A DNA stretch of 64,000 nt from the IMG/VR virus record IMGVR_UViG_3300034158_000010, positions 1-64,000 of that record, one strand, 5' to 3'. This stretch comes from a virus. Under the pieces are notes generated by a model. That model was not told the origin of the DNA. It made no database searches and was given only the letters and a program-made list of their open reading frames with translations. Positions 1 through 9,992 of the stretch are shown here, in pieces (the stretch's first letter is position 1; each line of letters starts with the position of its first letter). A program made the translations under genes and the position numbers.

Positions 1-25
1 CTCTTTTATAACCTAAGGAGTACAC

Positions 26-310
26 ATGAGTAACTCGGAGGAATGCAGCACAGAGAGTTCACTTTCTACCCTTGGTACGCTAATAGTGCTCATCTGCTTA
101 GGCGGTGGGTTATTCATGGCGGCAATCACTCAACCCAGTGATGTTAAGTACGTACGCGATGATGCAAACAAATGCGTACTGCTTTCCAAGGTTATAACGG
201 AAGGTCGAATGTACTGCGGTAAAGCCTGCACCACTGAAAAATACCGCCACGTGTGGCAATGTCCGGGTCGGTCAAATTTGACCATCGATTACTACGATAT
301 GGAGCGTTGA
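26..310 (+). CDS. Membrane-anchored Cys-containing hypothetical protein (paralog of 632..940)
   Basis: AAGGAG RBS; N-terminal TM helix; VKYVRDDANKC...WQCPG resembles VKWVEDSRNGC...YKCKG. Confidence 0.75.
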   Translation: MSNSEECSTESSLSTLGTLIVLICLGGGLFMAAITQPSDVKYVRDDANKCVLLSKVITEGRMYCGKACTTEKYRHVWQCPGRSNLTIDYYDMER

Positions 311-311
311 A

Positions 312-557
312 ATGAGTTGGTCTTTTCTGTTTCACATGTTCAACTGGTTGGCCGTCATCGGCTACGGTTGTCTGTTAGCTTACTACTTCTGTGGTGGCTT
401 TCTGGTACGCGATTTGGTATGGCGTGCGTTCAGCCGAACGATGCTACCGGGTATCGCTTTGGCGTGGATGATCTCGCTGCTGTGTTTGGCAACGCATCTT
501 CTACTTGACATTCATGGCTACACTACCATCTGGTGGCCCAATGCTCCAGCTATTTGA
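312..557 (+). CDS. Small membrane protein
   Basis: Abuts upstream gene; two hydrophobic helices. Confidence 0.7.
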   Translation: MSWSFLFHMFNWLAVIGYGCLLAYYFCGGFLVRDLVWRAFSRTMLPGIALAWMISLLCLATHLLLDIHGYTTIWWPNAPAI

Positions 558-670
558 TGAAGACGTTGATCGCTGTGTACGCGGTGATCCTTCGGGTGGC
601 GGTGCACTACTATTCATGGTAGTGCTCTGCATTGGTTTCATTTACTTACTGTGTCGCTAGGAGATTCGGT

Positions 671-940
671 ATGAAGATATCAGATATACTGACCATTGGC
701 TTCTGCTTCTTGTTCGTCTGGTTCATCGTCATTCCATCTTTTACAGAAGACATCCGTCCTGAAAAGGTAAAGTGGGTCGAGGACAGCCGAAACGGTTGCA
801 CGGTACAGCAGCAGTTCCCGATCTACAACGAACAAGACCACGTCACCAAAGCTGAGTATGCTCCTAAGATCCTTACGATCTATAAGTGTAAGGGCGATGT
901 TGCAGCGGCTTTGATCCGTTCGCAAGAGGCGGTTAATTAA
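671..940 (+). CDS. Membrane-anchored hypothetical protein (paralog of 26..310)
   Basis: AGGAG before ATG at 671; TM helix followed by Cys pair. Confidence 0.7.
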   Translation: MKISDILTIGFCFLFVWFIVIPSFTEDIRPEKVKWVEDSRNGCTVQQQFPIYNEQDHVTKAEYAPKILTIYKCKGDVAAALIRSQEAVN

Positions 941-1079
941 TGTCGTGGGAAGAAGAGTTTGAACCAGGTCCGCCGGGTAACCCCATGGACTTCTTCTGGT
1001 TGATGGTATTCGTTGCTAGTGGTGTGGGTACCATCTATCTGGTTACTAAATTCACAAATTTCCTGTTTGGAGCATAAGC

Positions 1080-1373
1080 ATGTTTGATAAAGGTATGACA
1101 ACTGCATTTATGTCGCTACTGGGCCAGAACATGGCTCAACCGGCTGAAAAAGAATTGGTGATCCGCTGTAGCTTCAAAGGTATCACTTACGGCGGGCTGA
1201 CTACCATTGATTTGCCATACCGGTATACGTCATTCACTAATGCCCGTACCGCTAAGTCGGTCTTCCGGTCACTCGGTGAGGATGTACTAGACGTGATCCG
1301 CCGTGCGGGTGGCCGAATCAGTGATGAACAACGTCACACCGTAACCTTTGCGATCTGTGACGCCCGGAGCTAA
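1080..1373 (+). CDS. Hypothetical protein
   Basis: GGAG RBS, tightly packed operon. Confidence 0.7.
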   Translation: MFDKGMTTAFMSLLGQNMAQPAEKELVIRCSFKGITYGGLTTIDLPYRYTSFTNARTAKSVFRSLGEDVLDVIRRAGGRISDEQRHTVTFAICDARS

Positions 1374-1375
1374 GC

Positions 1376-1690
1376 ATGAGTCAATACGTAATCCGTTTCG
1401 GGTTAGGTGTGGATAATACTCAAGTGTACCTGAAGTCCTCGGGCTTCGGGTTGGGTACCACCGTAACTCAACGACAGGCTGTACTCTACGCATCTCGTAA
1501 AGAGGCTGCGGTTGTACAAGACCAGTTGTTAGCGATGTCCCCTAAGGATCTGAACAAGGTTATCCGTAAGGGTAAAGACTATTCCGATCATGTTTCCATC
1601 AGTGTGATCTCATGCTCCAATCCCCATGCGTCGGCACTTAATGTACGGCACAAACTTTACAACTACATGAAGGAACCAACCAATGTCTAA
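1376..1690 (+). CDS. Hypothetical protein
   Basis: GGAG RBS, operon packing. Confidence 0.75.
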   Translation: MSQYVIRFGLGVDNTQVYLKSSGFGLGTTVTQRQAVLYASRKEAAVVQDQLLAMSPKDLNKVIRKGKDYSDHVSISVISCSNPHASALNVRHKLYNYMKEPTNV

Positions 1691-2189
1691 GCAATTCATC
1701 GTAACTCGTAACGTTGATGGTATCGTTAGCTTCCTTAACCCACAAGGTTACTGGGAAGCCGATAACTCGTACCTGATCCCTGAAGAACAGAAGGATGCTT
1801 ACTTCGATCAGATCACTGCCGGTATCGGTGCCGTTTATTTCTCGCAACAAAAAGCTGAAGACGGTTCGGGTTGGTCAACTCCTATTCAAATCGATCGGTT
1901 GGTAATTTGCCAGCAGGGTAAGCGAGTTGAGTTGGATATCGTGCATGCATTGGAAGACTATCCGACCATCGGGAACCAGGCATGTATCCTTCGCTTCTCC
2001 GATGACTCTGAGATGGAGTTCAGTTCGGGTTGGGTAGACGCAGCTTCCACCAGTCCTTTCTTCCATAAGGCACGCGTGTTCCCGATCAAGTCGGCTGAAG
2101 ACCTCGACCGTGTTAAAGCGCGTTTCGCACAACTGGATAACGGTATCACCCTCGACGTGCTGGTCATCTTCAAAGGTGTTAAGGAGTAA
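1683..2189 (+). CDS. Hypothetical protein
   Basis: AAGGA RBS, overlap with upstream stop. Confidence 0.8.
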   Translation: MSKQFIVTRNVDGIVSFLNPQGYWEADNSYLIPEEQKDAYFDQITAGIGAVYFSQQKAEDGSGWSTPIQIDRLVICQQGKRVELDIVHALEDYPTIGNQACILRFSDDSEMEFSSGWVDAASTSPFFHKARVFPIKSAEDLDRVKARFAQLDNGITLDVLVIFKGVKE

Positions 2190-2192
2190 GTT

Positions 2193-3014
2193 ATGCATCG
2201 CAACTGCGTCTATGTCGATTACCTGGCTATCACCGATGTCGAAGCTAAAGCGGATGTTCGGACATTCATGTTCGAATACATCATCCAGAACCCTAACAGT
2301 ATCCGTCGTGCGGGTACCGATGTGTTCGACAGTAACGAGCTGTTTATCTTCGACCTCCAGCATGACTACAGTAATTTCCGTGGTAAGTTCACTGCTTTTG
2401 CTGATCAGCAACCCGCTGCAAAGTTCGTCCATCACTTCACGGCCAGTTATCCTGAACCACGTGTAATGGTGAACAATGACAAGGCTAACGGGTTACATGT
2501 ACTCGTGCGACCTGGTGACACTGTGTCATGTTTGGGACATAGCAGTAAGTTAGGCGTACAAGACCATGGTTACTACCCTGCGTCGCTGCCACCCAAAGGT
2601 CGTTACATCGGTGAGATCGCTAAACTCTGGGTCGCTGGTTCTAGCCATGCGGTTTGGAAAGCCACTAAAATGCTGCGTTACGAATTGACTCGTGAACGTG
2701 CAGGTATGGCACATTGGTGTATCGAAGATGCATTGGAGCTGGCTGCTAAGAAACTGGGTGATTATGCTGAGATTGGCATTTTGTCCAAACGTGGGGATCT
2801 GTACCGTATTACCTCGACTGGGGTAAAGGTGAACGAGTATGCAGATGATGCTCAGATTCTGGAAGCTTACGCTTGGCGCTTCCAAATCTTTAAGACTGAT
2901 CGCGTGAGCAACTGCATCTCCAAAGAAAAGCATTGCCTCAGTCCTTTCCATCAGGCTCTGCGCGGTGCTGCCCATATGTCCGCAATCCAACGTAACGAGG
3001 CGGGGTTCATCTAA
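2193..3014 (+). CDS. Hypothetical protein, paralog family A
   Basis: AAGGAG RBS; motif KLWVAGSSHAV. Confidence 0.8.
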   Translation: MHRNCVYVDYLAITDVEAKADVRTFMFEYIIQNPNSIRRAGTDVFDSNELFIFDLQHDYSNFRGKFTAFADQQPAAKFVHHFTASYPEPRVMVNNDKANGLHVLVRPGDTVSCLGHSSKLGVQDHGYYPASLPPKGRYIGEIAKLWVAGSSHAVWKATKMLRYELTRERAGMAHWCIEDALELAAKKLGDYAEIGILSKRGDLYRITSTGVKVNEYADDAQILEAYAWRFQIFKTDRVSNCISKEKHCLSPFHQALRGAAHMSAIQRNEAGFI

Positions 3015-3051
3015 CCCTGCTTCACCCAACTACCTAAAAGGAATATTTACA

Positions 3052-3897
3052 ATGAATCGTGACGTCTATTATATCGATCGTAAAATGCCACTGCCTTTAC
3101 TGCTGGCTTACCACAACGCAATCTTGCAGACCAATACTCGCCGTAGCGGTAAAGTACTTAAGACTGATCACGTTCGTGTACTGGACGTCAATCATTCTGC
3201 TTACGACTGCCAGTACGATGGGGCGATCATCTTCAAAGACGATCGTGCCGAACAGTGCTTCAAGGATGTCTGCGAAGATAACGGCCTTGACGTCCACGCT
3301 GAGCTGCTTTGGGAACGTACCCCTTACGTGTCTGAGCGTGTGATGCTGGAGTTGAAGGGTGACGGTCGTATGGCTGTCTGGCACCATCACACTGATGACT
3401 TCGTGTGGTTGACGGGTGATCAAGTCTGTCCTCGTCCACTGTACATCGACAATGGTGTTACGCAGGAGCTGAGTTTCACTGACGTGATCTTTGCTGGGGC
3501 GCATAATCAAGTGCGTAAAGCTAAGCGTCGTTATGCGCGGTTGGTACGCTGTGTGCAAACTGAAAGCCAGTACAACTACAATGCTCGTACCGGTATGACA
3601 CCACGTGACTGGGAATATATCGTTTCGGGGATGCATCGTGCAACCATCTATCTGGTTACCACTGAGGGCTTGGTCCTCGAAGTAACTGGTAATCGGATGA
3701 AGTGGGTCCGTCCTACTGGGTTGCCTGCCGAATACTTGAAGTATCCTCAATTGGCAGAAGCGGGTTGGGTACGCAAGCGAGTGGAAGCTAACCTGAGGGC
3801 ATACAGCCGTGTTCACCACTCACCATCCCCTAGTCCATTCGTGGATTCGGTTACTGGTGTTGTGTTGACCAGTAAAGTTGAACTGGATCGTGACTAA
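3052..3897 (+). CDS. Hypothetical protein, paralog family A
   Basis: AAGGA RBS before ATG 3052; motif DVIFAGAHNQV. Confidence 0.8.
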   Translation: MNRDVYYIDRKMPLPLLLAYHNAILQTNTRRSGKVLKTDHVRVLDVNHSAYDCQYDGAIIFKDDRAEQCFKDVCEDNGLDVHAELLWERTPYVSERVMLELKGDGRMAVWHHHTDDFVWLTGDQVCPRPLYIDNGVTQELSFTDVIFAGAHNQVRKAKRRYARLVRCVQTESQYNYNARTGMTPRDWEYIVSGMHRATIYLVTTEGLVLEVTGNRMKWVRPTGLPAEYLKYPQLAEAGWVRKRVEANLRAYSRVHHSPSPSPFVDSVTGVVLTSKVELDRD

Positions 3898-3903
3898 ATA
3901 AAC

Positions 3904-3928
3904 AGCCAGCCTTCGGGCTGGCTTTATG
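3904..3928 (+). terminator. Hairpin terminator with UUCG loop
   Basis: AGCCAGCC-TTCG-GGCTGGCT-TTATG just after the 3897 stop. Confidence 0.75.
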
Positions 3929-4843
3929 ACGGAGTATAGAAACATGCTGTGCAAAGAGAAGATTCAAAAGTGGCTAGAAGCCCGTGGTTGGTCTATCCCT
4001 GAGGAAGCTAACTGCGGGGACTGTGAGAACTTTGCACAAGACTTCCAGTCTGACATTCCAGGTGCTGAGTTGTATGGCGCTGAAGAATTCGACGGTCCCG
4101 ATACCGAGTGGGCGGGTCATATCTGGCTGTATGACGGTAAGCTGCATTACGATTCAGAATCCCCTGAAGGTGTGGCTGACTGGAAAGACCTTAAGTTCTA
4201 CCGTCGTATGGCACGCCGTAAAATTTGGGAAGCGTGGCGTACAGATGTTAAATTCAGTGAAACCCATTTGGAGTGGGAGGCGTTGGCAAAATCAATCGCC
4301 GAACAACCAATGATTAGCCGGACTGTTACTGCACGTATGCCACGTGACTGTGATGGCACCAGTTCAATCATGCGTTCTACCTGTGATGGTATCTACCCAA
4401 TTCGCCAAGGAATCCATATGAAAAAGTCTAACCCTACAATCGTAGCCGTAACCAGTCGTAAGATCGATCGCCGTGAACCAGAAGCTCGTGAGCTGATTGC
4501 ATTCCTCAAGACGCTACCGGTTGACCAAGTACGTATGAACCTCGTTTATCAGGTACTCGTGGGCAACATGGACAAACATCCATGCGTAGAACGCCTTACA
4601 TCGCTTGCCCTGAGTGAGTTCGATGTGAAGGTGGGTAATGACTTCAACTTCATGCGTGTATCGGTGTATCCAACTGAGAAGAAGTTCTTCTGCACCTACA
4701 TGGAATACGTTGGTCAAACCGATGATGACGTAGCCCATTACGAACCTTTCATGACTGAGAAGTTCGAACACGTGGTCGATGCATTCGTCGCCTTCAAGAA
4801 GCGCTTCACTTCCGGCAACCCTTATCGAGCGTCCAGCCAATGA
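3926..4843 (+). CDS. Protein with N-terminal papain/transglutaminase-like Cys-His-Asp motif; probable second start at 4418
   Basis: GDCENFA...GHIW...HYD pattern; internal AAGGA-ATG at 4418. Confidence 0.55.
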   Translation: MTEYRNMLCKEKIQKWLEARGWSIPEEANCGDCENFAQDFQSDIPGAELYGAEEFDGPDTEWAGHIWLYDGKLHYDSESPEGVADWKDLKFYRRMARRKIWEAWRTDVKFSETHLEWEALAKSIAEQPMISRTVTARMPRDCDGTSSIMRSTCDGIYPIRQGIHMKKSNPTIVAVTSRKIDRREPEARELIAFLKTLPVDQVRMNLVYQVLVGNMDKHPCVERLTSLALSEFDVKVGNDFNFMRVSVYPTEKKFFCTYMEYVGQTDDDVAHYEPFMTEKFEHVVDAFVAFKKRFTSGNPYRASSQ

Positions 4844-5246
4844 AAGCCGCTATCCTGGCAATGTTGATCATTGTCACCACCGGTCTATGGGTATTCAGCG
4901 TCGTCAGTATCATGGACCGTAAGGTTCCACAGGAACTTAAAGCTACACAACTCAAGTTCCTGATCTGCGCTCTGTGCCTCATGACACCACTCACCATTGC
5001 CTATGGCACCTACTTCGGTAAATAGCATGTCAACCATCCCTGAAGACGGCGTATACGCCAGCAAGTCCCACGGTACCAAGTTCAACCCCGACCGTGACGT
5101 TTACATCCAGAACGGTACTGTTCGTCTGGTCTATGACGATTGTAAGTATACGTGGGGGTTCAACAACTTCTTCAACGTTAATACCTTGGGTAAGCGTTTG
5201 CGCGACCTTCCTAAAGACTTCGATATCTACAAATAAGGAGTGACCC

Positions 5247-5699
5247 TTGTCTTTCTTCTTAAAGATCTCTGGTGACCGCATGTCATTCGGTGGGTTGAAG
5301 TCTATCCCTCAGGACTACGACTATATCTCCACTACCGCCGCAAGTGTGTTCGTAACTAATGAGGGCGATTTTATCTATCCCATTGGTATCTGGGCAATTG
5401 GCTCGACTATGCGGACGGGCCATGCAAAAGGCTATCTACATGGGAAACAGGTTATACGTGAGGACCACGTGCTTTACCTGGCTGACAGTCAAGCTGACCT
5501 TCAGATTCTGGTAGCCAGTGAGGATAAGTTGTTTATCTATCAGTCTGGTAATCGGATGTGGCAACCGATGGAAGAAGGTTCTCTTTACTACGGCCTGAAC
5601 GTGGATATGGAGACAGCCAATAAATACATCGCTGCCGCTAAGAATGGCTCTAATCTAAAACCGTGGGCAGTGGTCAGTACCCACATTGATCGTTACTGA
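5247..5699 (+). CDS. Hypothetical protein, paralog family A (short form)
   Basis: AAGGAG + TTG start; GIWAIGSTMRT. Confidence 0.7.
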   Translation: MSFFLKISGDRMSFGGLKSIPQDYDYISTTAASVFVTNEGDFIYPIGIWAIGSTMRTGHAKGYLHGKQVIREDHVLYLADSQADLQILVASEDKLFIYQSGNRMWQPMEEGSLYYGLNVDMETANKYIAAAKNGSNLKPWAVVSTHIDRY

Positions 5700-5707
5700 G
5701 GTGACTA

Positions 5708-6154
5708 ATGTCGATTGTATTGCACTACGATAAAAAGCGTGTCTCCTACGCTTATGCGGCTAATGACGATGTGTCGATCACATTGTTACCGTTCGATGAA
5801 CGTGTAGTTAACTACGTTTATCAGAATGGGATGACTGATCGCATTCAGCACATGTTCTTCATTGGTGATTACCAAGTCGCTGTGCCACTGTTTCACCACT
5901 TCGAAACGGTTGAGGACATTACAGCTGAGGCTATCCTTAAAGCGATCGGTGATACTGATGTTACCATAGTGGTCATTACTGAAGAGAAGATTAATCACTT
6001 CTCTCGGTTGAATCACTTCGGTAGTGTCATCGGTAATGTAATGACCTTTAACTTTGGTAATGTGGATACCAGTAAAGAATCGTATTACTCTGGTCACAGT
6101 AGTGAGTATGATTTTAACTGGTTACTCATCAAGTCTACACTGCCAGTTAATTAA
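5708..6154 (+). CDS. Hypothetical protein, paralog family A (short form)
   Basis: GAGGT RBS; HMFFIGDYQVA. Confidence 0.75.
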   Translation: MSIVLHYDKKRVSYAYAANDDVSITLLPFDERVVNYVYQNGMTDRIQHMFFIGDYQVAVPLFHHFETVEDITAEAILKAIGDTDVTIVVITEEKINHFSRLNHFGSVIGNVMTFNFGNVDTSKESYYSGHSSEYDFNWLLIKSTLPVN

Positions 6155-6263
6155 TACCTGTGGGTAGGATATAATGAGGGACTGAGTGTTCCTCTTTATT
6201 TCTTTTCTATTTAGGGAGTGTTGCTATAGCAACCTCATTATCTCTTTACTTAGGAGTACTGTC

Positions 6264-6545
6264 ATGATGGATGCAACACGCTACATGCTTGATAATACCG
6301 ATGCATTCATTGCTAAGGTATTTGAGGGTGATCAACGTTACATTGATGCGTGCAGTGGTATGATCGCTGCACATGGTGATAAATCGGATCAGTATCGTGA
6401 ATACTGGCATAGCTCGGGTATGGATTTCAAGAAAGCTCAAATCATCTACTTCCTCACGTTTACCAAACTGATGGAGCGTCCTAAACACCAGTCAAAAGAA
6501 TGGGTTGTGGATAACTACGATAAATATGCCCCACTGTTACCTTAA
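6264..6545 (+). CDS. Hypothetical protein
   Basis: AGGAG RBS before ATG at 6264. Confidence 0.7.
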   Translation: MMDATRYMLDNTDAFIAKVFEGDQRYIDACSGMIAAHGDKSDQYREYWHSSGMDFKKAQIIYFLTFTKLMERPKHQSKEWVVDNYDKYAPLLP

Positions 6546-6553
6546 GGATCATC

Positions 6554-6778
6554 ATGCGTATTCAAAAATACCTTGACATTGACCGTATTGGTTACGGATA
6601 TATACTCACCGTCAAACATACTGTGAACAAGAAGCAAGAACCTGTGGAAACAATCATGCAGGTTCAACACCTTGGTCCAGTAGATCACTGGCAACTGGTT
6701 GTAGATTATCGTGATCTGGAACTGTGGCCTCGGTGTAAAGAGTCTGGTGACCAAGACCGCTTCATGCACCAATACTAA
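6554..6778 (+). CDS. Hypothetical protein
   Basis: AAGGA RBS. Confidence 0.7.
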   Translation: MRIQKYLDIDRIGYGYILTVKHTVNKKQEPVETIMQVQHLGPVDHWQLVVDYRDLELWPRCKESGDQDRFMHQY

Positions 6779-6803
6779 TCCCCTCCGTCAAGGAATCTTA
6801 CAA

Positions 6804-7709
6804 ATGTCGAACAACTCCGTAATGCTGCGTCTGGCCTATTCCAATGAAGTGGTTAACCGTACCAGCATGGTCGATGAAATCAATTTCTTGTTGGACCTCA
6901 ACAAGCTGTTGGATCAACATAAACACCTGGGTGTGCACAACGACTCGGTAACGCCGATTATTACTCACGAACGTGAAGGTGAGTTCGGTGCTAACGTCAA
7001 CCTCAAGTTCGTGATCCGTCACCGTAAAGGCGTGCTCTATGAGTACTCCCGGCTGCATTACCTGCTGATGGAAATCGCTGAGCTGTGCGAACGTTACAAG
7101 GATAAGTTCATCCGTATGGAGCGCTATCTCGAGATCGCTACCATGAAGCAGCCTTGGGCGCTGGTAGCAGGTCCACAGTCGTGCCTGATGCGTAAGGGTG
7201 CAGCTACTTGGAACGCTACCGGTGATAACGTACCAGCCTTCGTCAACATGCATCAGCAAACCGATGGGTTGGTTGTAATGGGTGAACCTAAGGCGGTTGA
7301 GCATTTCCGTCGTGTATGGGAATTCCACACCCGGACGTACTTTGAAAGCATGGACCCGGACGAGCGTGCAGAGCTGGAGGTGATGGGTACTCACTACGGC
7401 ACCGACCTGTGTATCTCTACCCTGCGACTACTGCATCCAAATATCAAATGGGAGCACCTGCTGATCTGGGCACACGCCATGAACATCCCAGGCAACGAAG
7501 GATGGTATGTCACTAACCTCGATCACACCGATCCGTGGTTGCTGGCAGGCGTGCAGTACGTTAATCGTCATGGCGAGACTATGATTGGTCAACACCTTCC
7601 TTACACCCCACTGATCAACAACTTCCGTGGTGCAGACTTGCGTTTCTTCAAAGACCTTGAAGTCGTAGGTTTTGATACCACCGAGGCCACTGTGTCGTTG
7701 GATGACTAA
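6804..7709 (+). CDS. Hypothetical protein, paralog family A
   Basis: AAGGA RBS; QPW...GLVVMGEPKAV. Confidence 0.8.
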   Translation: MSNNSVMLRLAYSNEVVNRTSMVDEINFLLDLNKLLDQHKHLGVHNDSVTPIITHEREGEFGANVNLKFVIRHRKGVLYEYSRLHYLLMEIAELCERYKDKFIRMERYLEIATMKQPWALVAGPQSCLMRKGAATWNATGDNVPAFVNMHQQTDGLVVMGEPKAVEHFRRVWEFHTRTYFESMDPDERAELEVMGTHYGTDLCISTLRLLHPNIKWEHLLIWAHAMNIPGNEGWYVTNLDHTDPWLLAGVQYVNRHGETMIGQHLPYTPLINNFRGADLRFFKDLEVVGFDTTEATVSLDD

Positions 7710-7716
7710 ATAAATT

Positions 7717-7740
7717 GGGTTCCGTAATGGAACCCTTTTT
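7717..7740 (+). terminator. Intrinsic terminator
   Basis: GGGTTCC-GTAAT-GGAACCC-TTTTT. Confidence 0.8.
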
Positions 7741-7745
7741 ATACC

Positions 7746-7753
7746 TATATCAC
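7746..7753 (+). promoter_or_regulatory. Variant early promoter (TATATCAC)
   Basis: One mismatch to TATATTAC, followed by ATGAATCT as in the other copies. Confidence 0.45.
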
Positions 7754-7785
7754 CCTTATGAATCTTAACAGTCAGGAGTACTACA

Positions 7786-8742
7786 ATGGGACGATCAGCT
7801 GATCGAGTGAGCATTTACATCAAACGCGGTGATCTGATTTCGGATGATCATCATCTGGTAGGTCAGTGGTTCAAGTACCGCATGCAGGAAATCTATCAAA
7901 ACCTCCGTAACCGGGTGGCTGAGGGTACTGAGTTGGAAGGTCGTCAGATGGTCTGGAAGTTCAACATGACCGAATTCTTCGACACAGGAGCTGGTCCAAC
8001 GCATTACCACATTACTGGCGCAAGTCATCAGGTGGGTATGACGGAGATCTTCATGGAATTCATCGCTCGTGCTGGTGATGCACTACGTACCATGAAACCC
8101 TTCGTTACTGGTAGTACCATTCAGTTCGATCATTCTCACGTACGTAGCCCTTGGCTGCATATGGACTATGACACCGGCCTGAAGATCAATACCGCTAAAC
8201 GGGCATTGAAGGTACGTTGCGTGGGTAAAGCTGCACGACTGAGTAATGGTCGTGTATTCGAAGAGATGTTCCCCGGTATGGGTAGTGGCGGTCCAGTGAT
8301 CCACGATACTCAGATTCAAGATCTGTGGCTCGTTGGTGAAGACAGTGCCGTTGATGACGGCGTCAGTATGATTCGTGATGTGTTCCGTAAGAACTCTCCG
8401 GGTTATACCAACGACAACATCCTGTCGGCTATTAAAAGCAAACTGAGTTCCAAGGTTGCCATGGTGGTTCACACCGCCGCCGACAATCATGACGGACAGG
8501 GTTTCTTCTACTGCTTCCCTGATCACATTGAATCGCATCCTGAGTTCAAGGGTCGTATGGAACGCTACGATGCTACGATGGCTGAATTCGGTATCTGTGT
8601 CGATAAGTTCAATTGGTCGGAGCTGTCGAATAACCTGATGTGTCCAAGTGAGTTGGTACAGCGTGTTATCCAACAAACCGCTTATCAACTGATGTCGTAT
8701 TCCCACTGTTATGTAAGGAGTGCAGTCGATGCTGTTTATTGA
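7786..8742 (+). CDS. Hypothetical protein, paralog family A
   Basis: AGGAG RBS; SPW...DLWLVGEDSAV. Confidence 0.8.
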   Translation: MGRSADRVSIYIKRGDLISDDHHLVGQWFKYRMQEIYQNLRNRVAEGTELEGRQMVWKFNMTEFFDTGAGPTHYHITGASHQVGMTEIFMEFIARAGDALRTMKPFVTGSTIQFDHSHVRSPWLHMDYDTGLKINTAKRALKVRCVGKAARLSNGRVFEEMFPGMGSGGPVIHDTQIQDLWLVGEDSAVDDGVSMIRDVFRKNSPGYTNDNILSAIKSKLSSKVAMVVHTAADNHDGQGFFYCFPDHIESHPEFKGRMERYDATMAEFGICVDKFNWSELSNNLMCPSELVQRVIQQTAYQLMSYSHCYVRSAVDAVY

Positions 8743-9112
8743 TATTCAATCGTTTAATCGGGTGGATGAACACGTAGGTTGGCCACACGGCGATACCATC
8801 AACATCAATCATCTGAAGGTGGGTGATCGGGTTGCTAATGGTAGCTTCGCTGTGGTTGCCGATGAGCTGGTATTGGCCGAACAGAACATTGCAATCGGCC
8901 CATTGGGTCAGGTTGATACACCGAAGTTCAAACTGGCTCGTCGCCTTAAGTTCGAATCGATGTTTGGTTCCCACCACGGTTACCTGTTCCCTGAAACGGG
9001 TATGAGTTACAATCTGTACTCGTACTCCAACCCAGCAATCGTGAATGCCGTCAGACTTCCCAAAATGGTAACATTGTTCAAGGAGTATCAACATGTCGCG
9101 TCGGTCGAATGA
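8729..9112 (+). CDS. Hypothetical protein
   Basis: AAGGAG RBS; overlaps neighbours by a few codons. Confidence 0.7.
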   Translation: MLFIDIQSFNRVDEHVGWPHGDTININHLKVGDRVANGSFAVVADELVLAEQNIAIGPLGQVDTPKFKLARRLKFESMFGSHHGYLFPETGMSYNLYSYSNPAIVNAVRLPKMVTLFKEYQHVASVE

Positions 9113-9959
9113 TCGTGTAAAGGTAGGTATCACCTGGGATGAAGTGAGTAGTAATCCACTGGGTGAATGGGCAGCTAAGTACGTCCGTGAAGTCGTTGCT
9201 CAATCCGTTCCAGCCGGTGAGTCAGCTCATGGGTTGAAGGTAGTTAAAAGCAAAGATGATGCGTACCGTCTCAGGTTGGTGGACGACACTCGCTTCGAGC
9301 TGGAATACCTCATGCGCTATAAGACCGATATGCCGGGGCGGCGCATGCCACGTTGGGCATCTATCTTCCGGTTTGCAATACGGATGCAAGAACTGGCCAG
9401 TCGCTCACCGAGTGACATGAACGTGTGTACTACGATCGACCTGCAAGCCAATCGGATGCCATGGGTATTCGTACGTTCGGGTGAGAACAAGGTACTCAGT
9501 CATATCGCCACTCGTCCGGGTGCGAAAGAGTACATCATCCGTCTACCCAAACCGATGACCATGCCAAAAGGGGAAGGTCGCCGTCTTCACTTCCTGAACG
9601 AAACGACTGTAACCTTCATCCCGCCAACGGCTGATGAGATCCGCATCGTGGGTGAACCTCGTGCAGCTTATAAAGCGTATCGCTACTTCAAGCAATTGGA
9701 GCGCGGTAACCCGTTGAGTTCCCGTGACCGTCACGATCGTACCAAGGTTAACGCCATGGGTGATCTGGTCTGTGTGATGATACGTAATACCGAGCGCTGT
9801 GAGCCATGGCATCTGTACTCGGACGATAACCACACCTGCGGTGGTCTGTTCATGACCAGCGTATTGTCCAGCAAGAGTGATGAGCAGTTTCAACTCGACC
9901 TGGGTTATGACGTAACTGCTCTGGCAATGTCGTCTAACGAAAACGATACACCGCTCTAA
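9093..9959 (+). CDS. Hypothetical protein, paralog family A
   Basis: AAGGAG RBS; MPW...EIRIVGEPRAA. Confidence 0.8.
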   Translation: MSRRSNDRVKVGITWDEVSSNPLGEWAAKYVREVVAQSVPAGESAHGLKVVKSKDDAYRLRLVDDTRFELEYLMRYKTDMPGRRMPRWASIFRFAIRMQELASRSPSDMNVCTTIDLQANRMPWVFVRSGENKVLSHIATRPGAKEYIIRLPKPMTMPKGEGRRLHFLNETTVTFIPPTADEIRIVGEPRAAYKAYRYFKQLERGNPLSSRDRHDRTKVNAMGDLVCVMIRNTERCEPWHLYSDDNHTCGGLFMTSVLSSKSDEQFQLDLGYDVTALAMSSNENDTPL

Positions 9960-9992
9960 CCCATTTCACAAACTTATCTACAGGATCTAATA

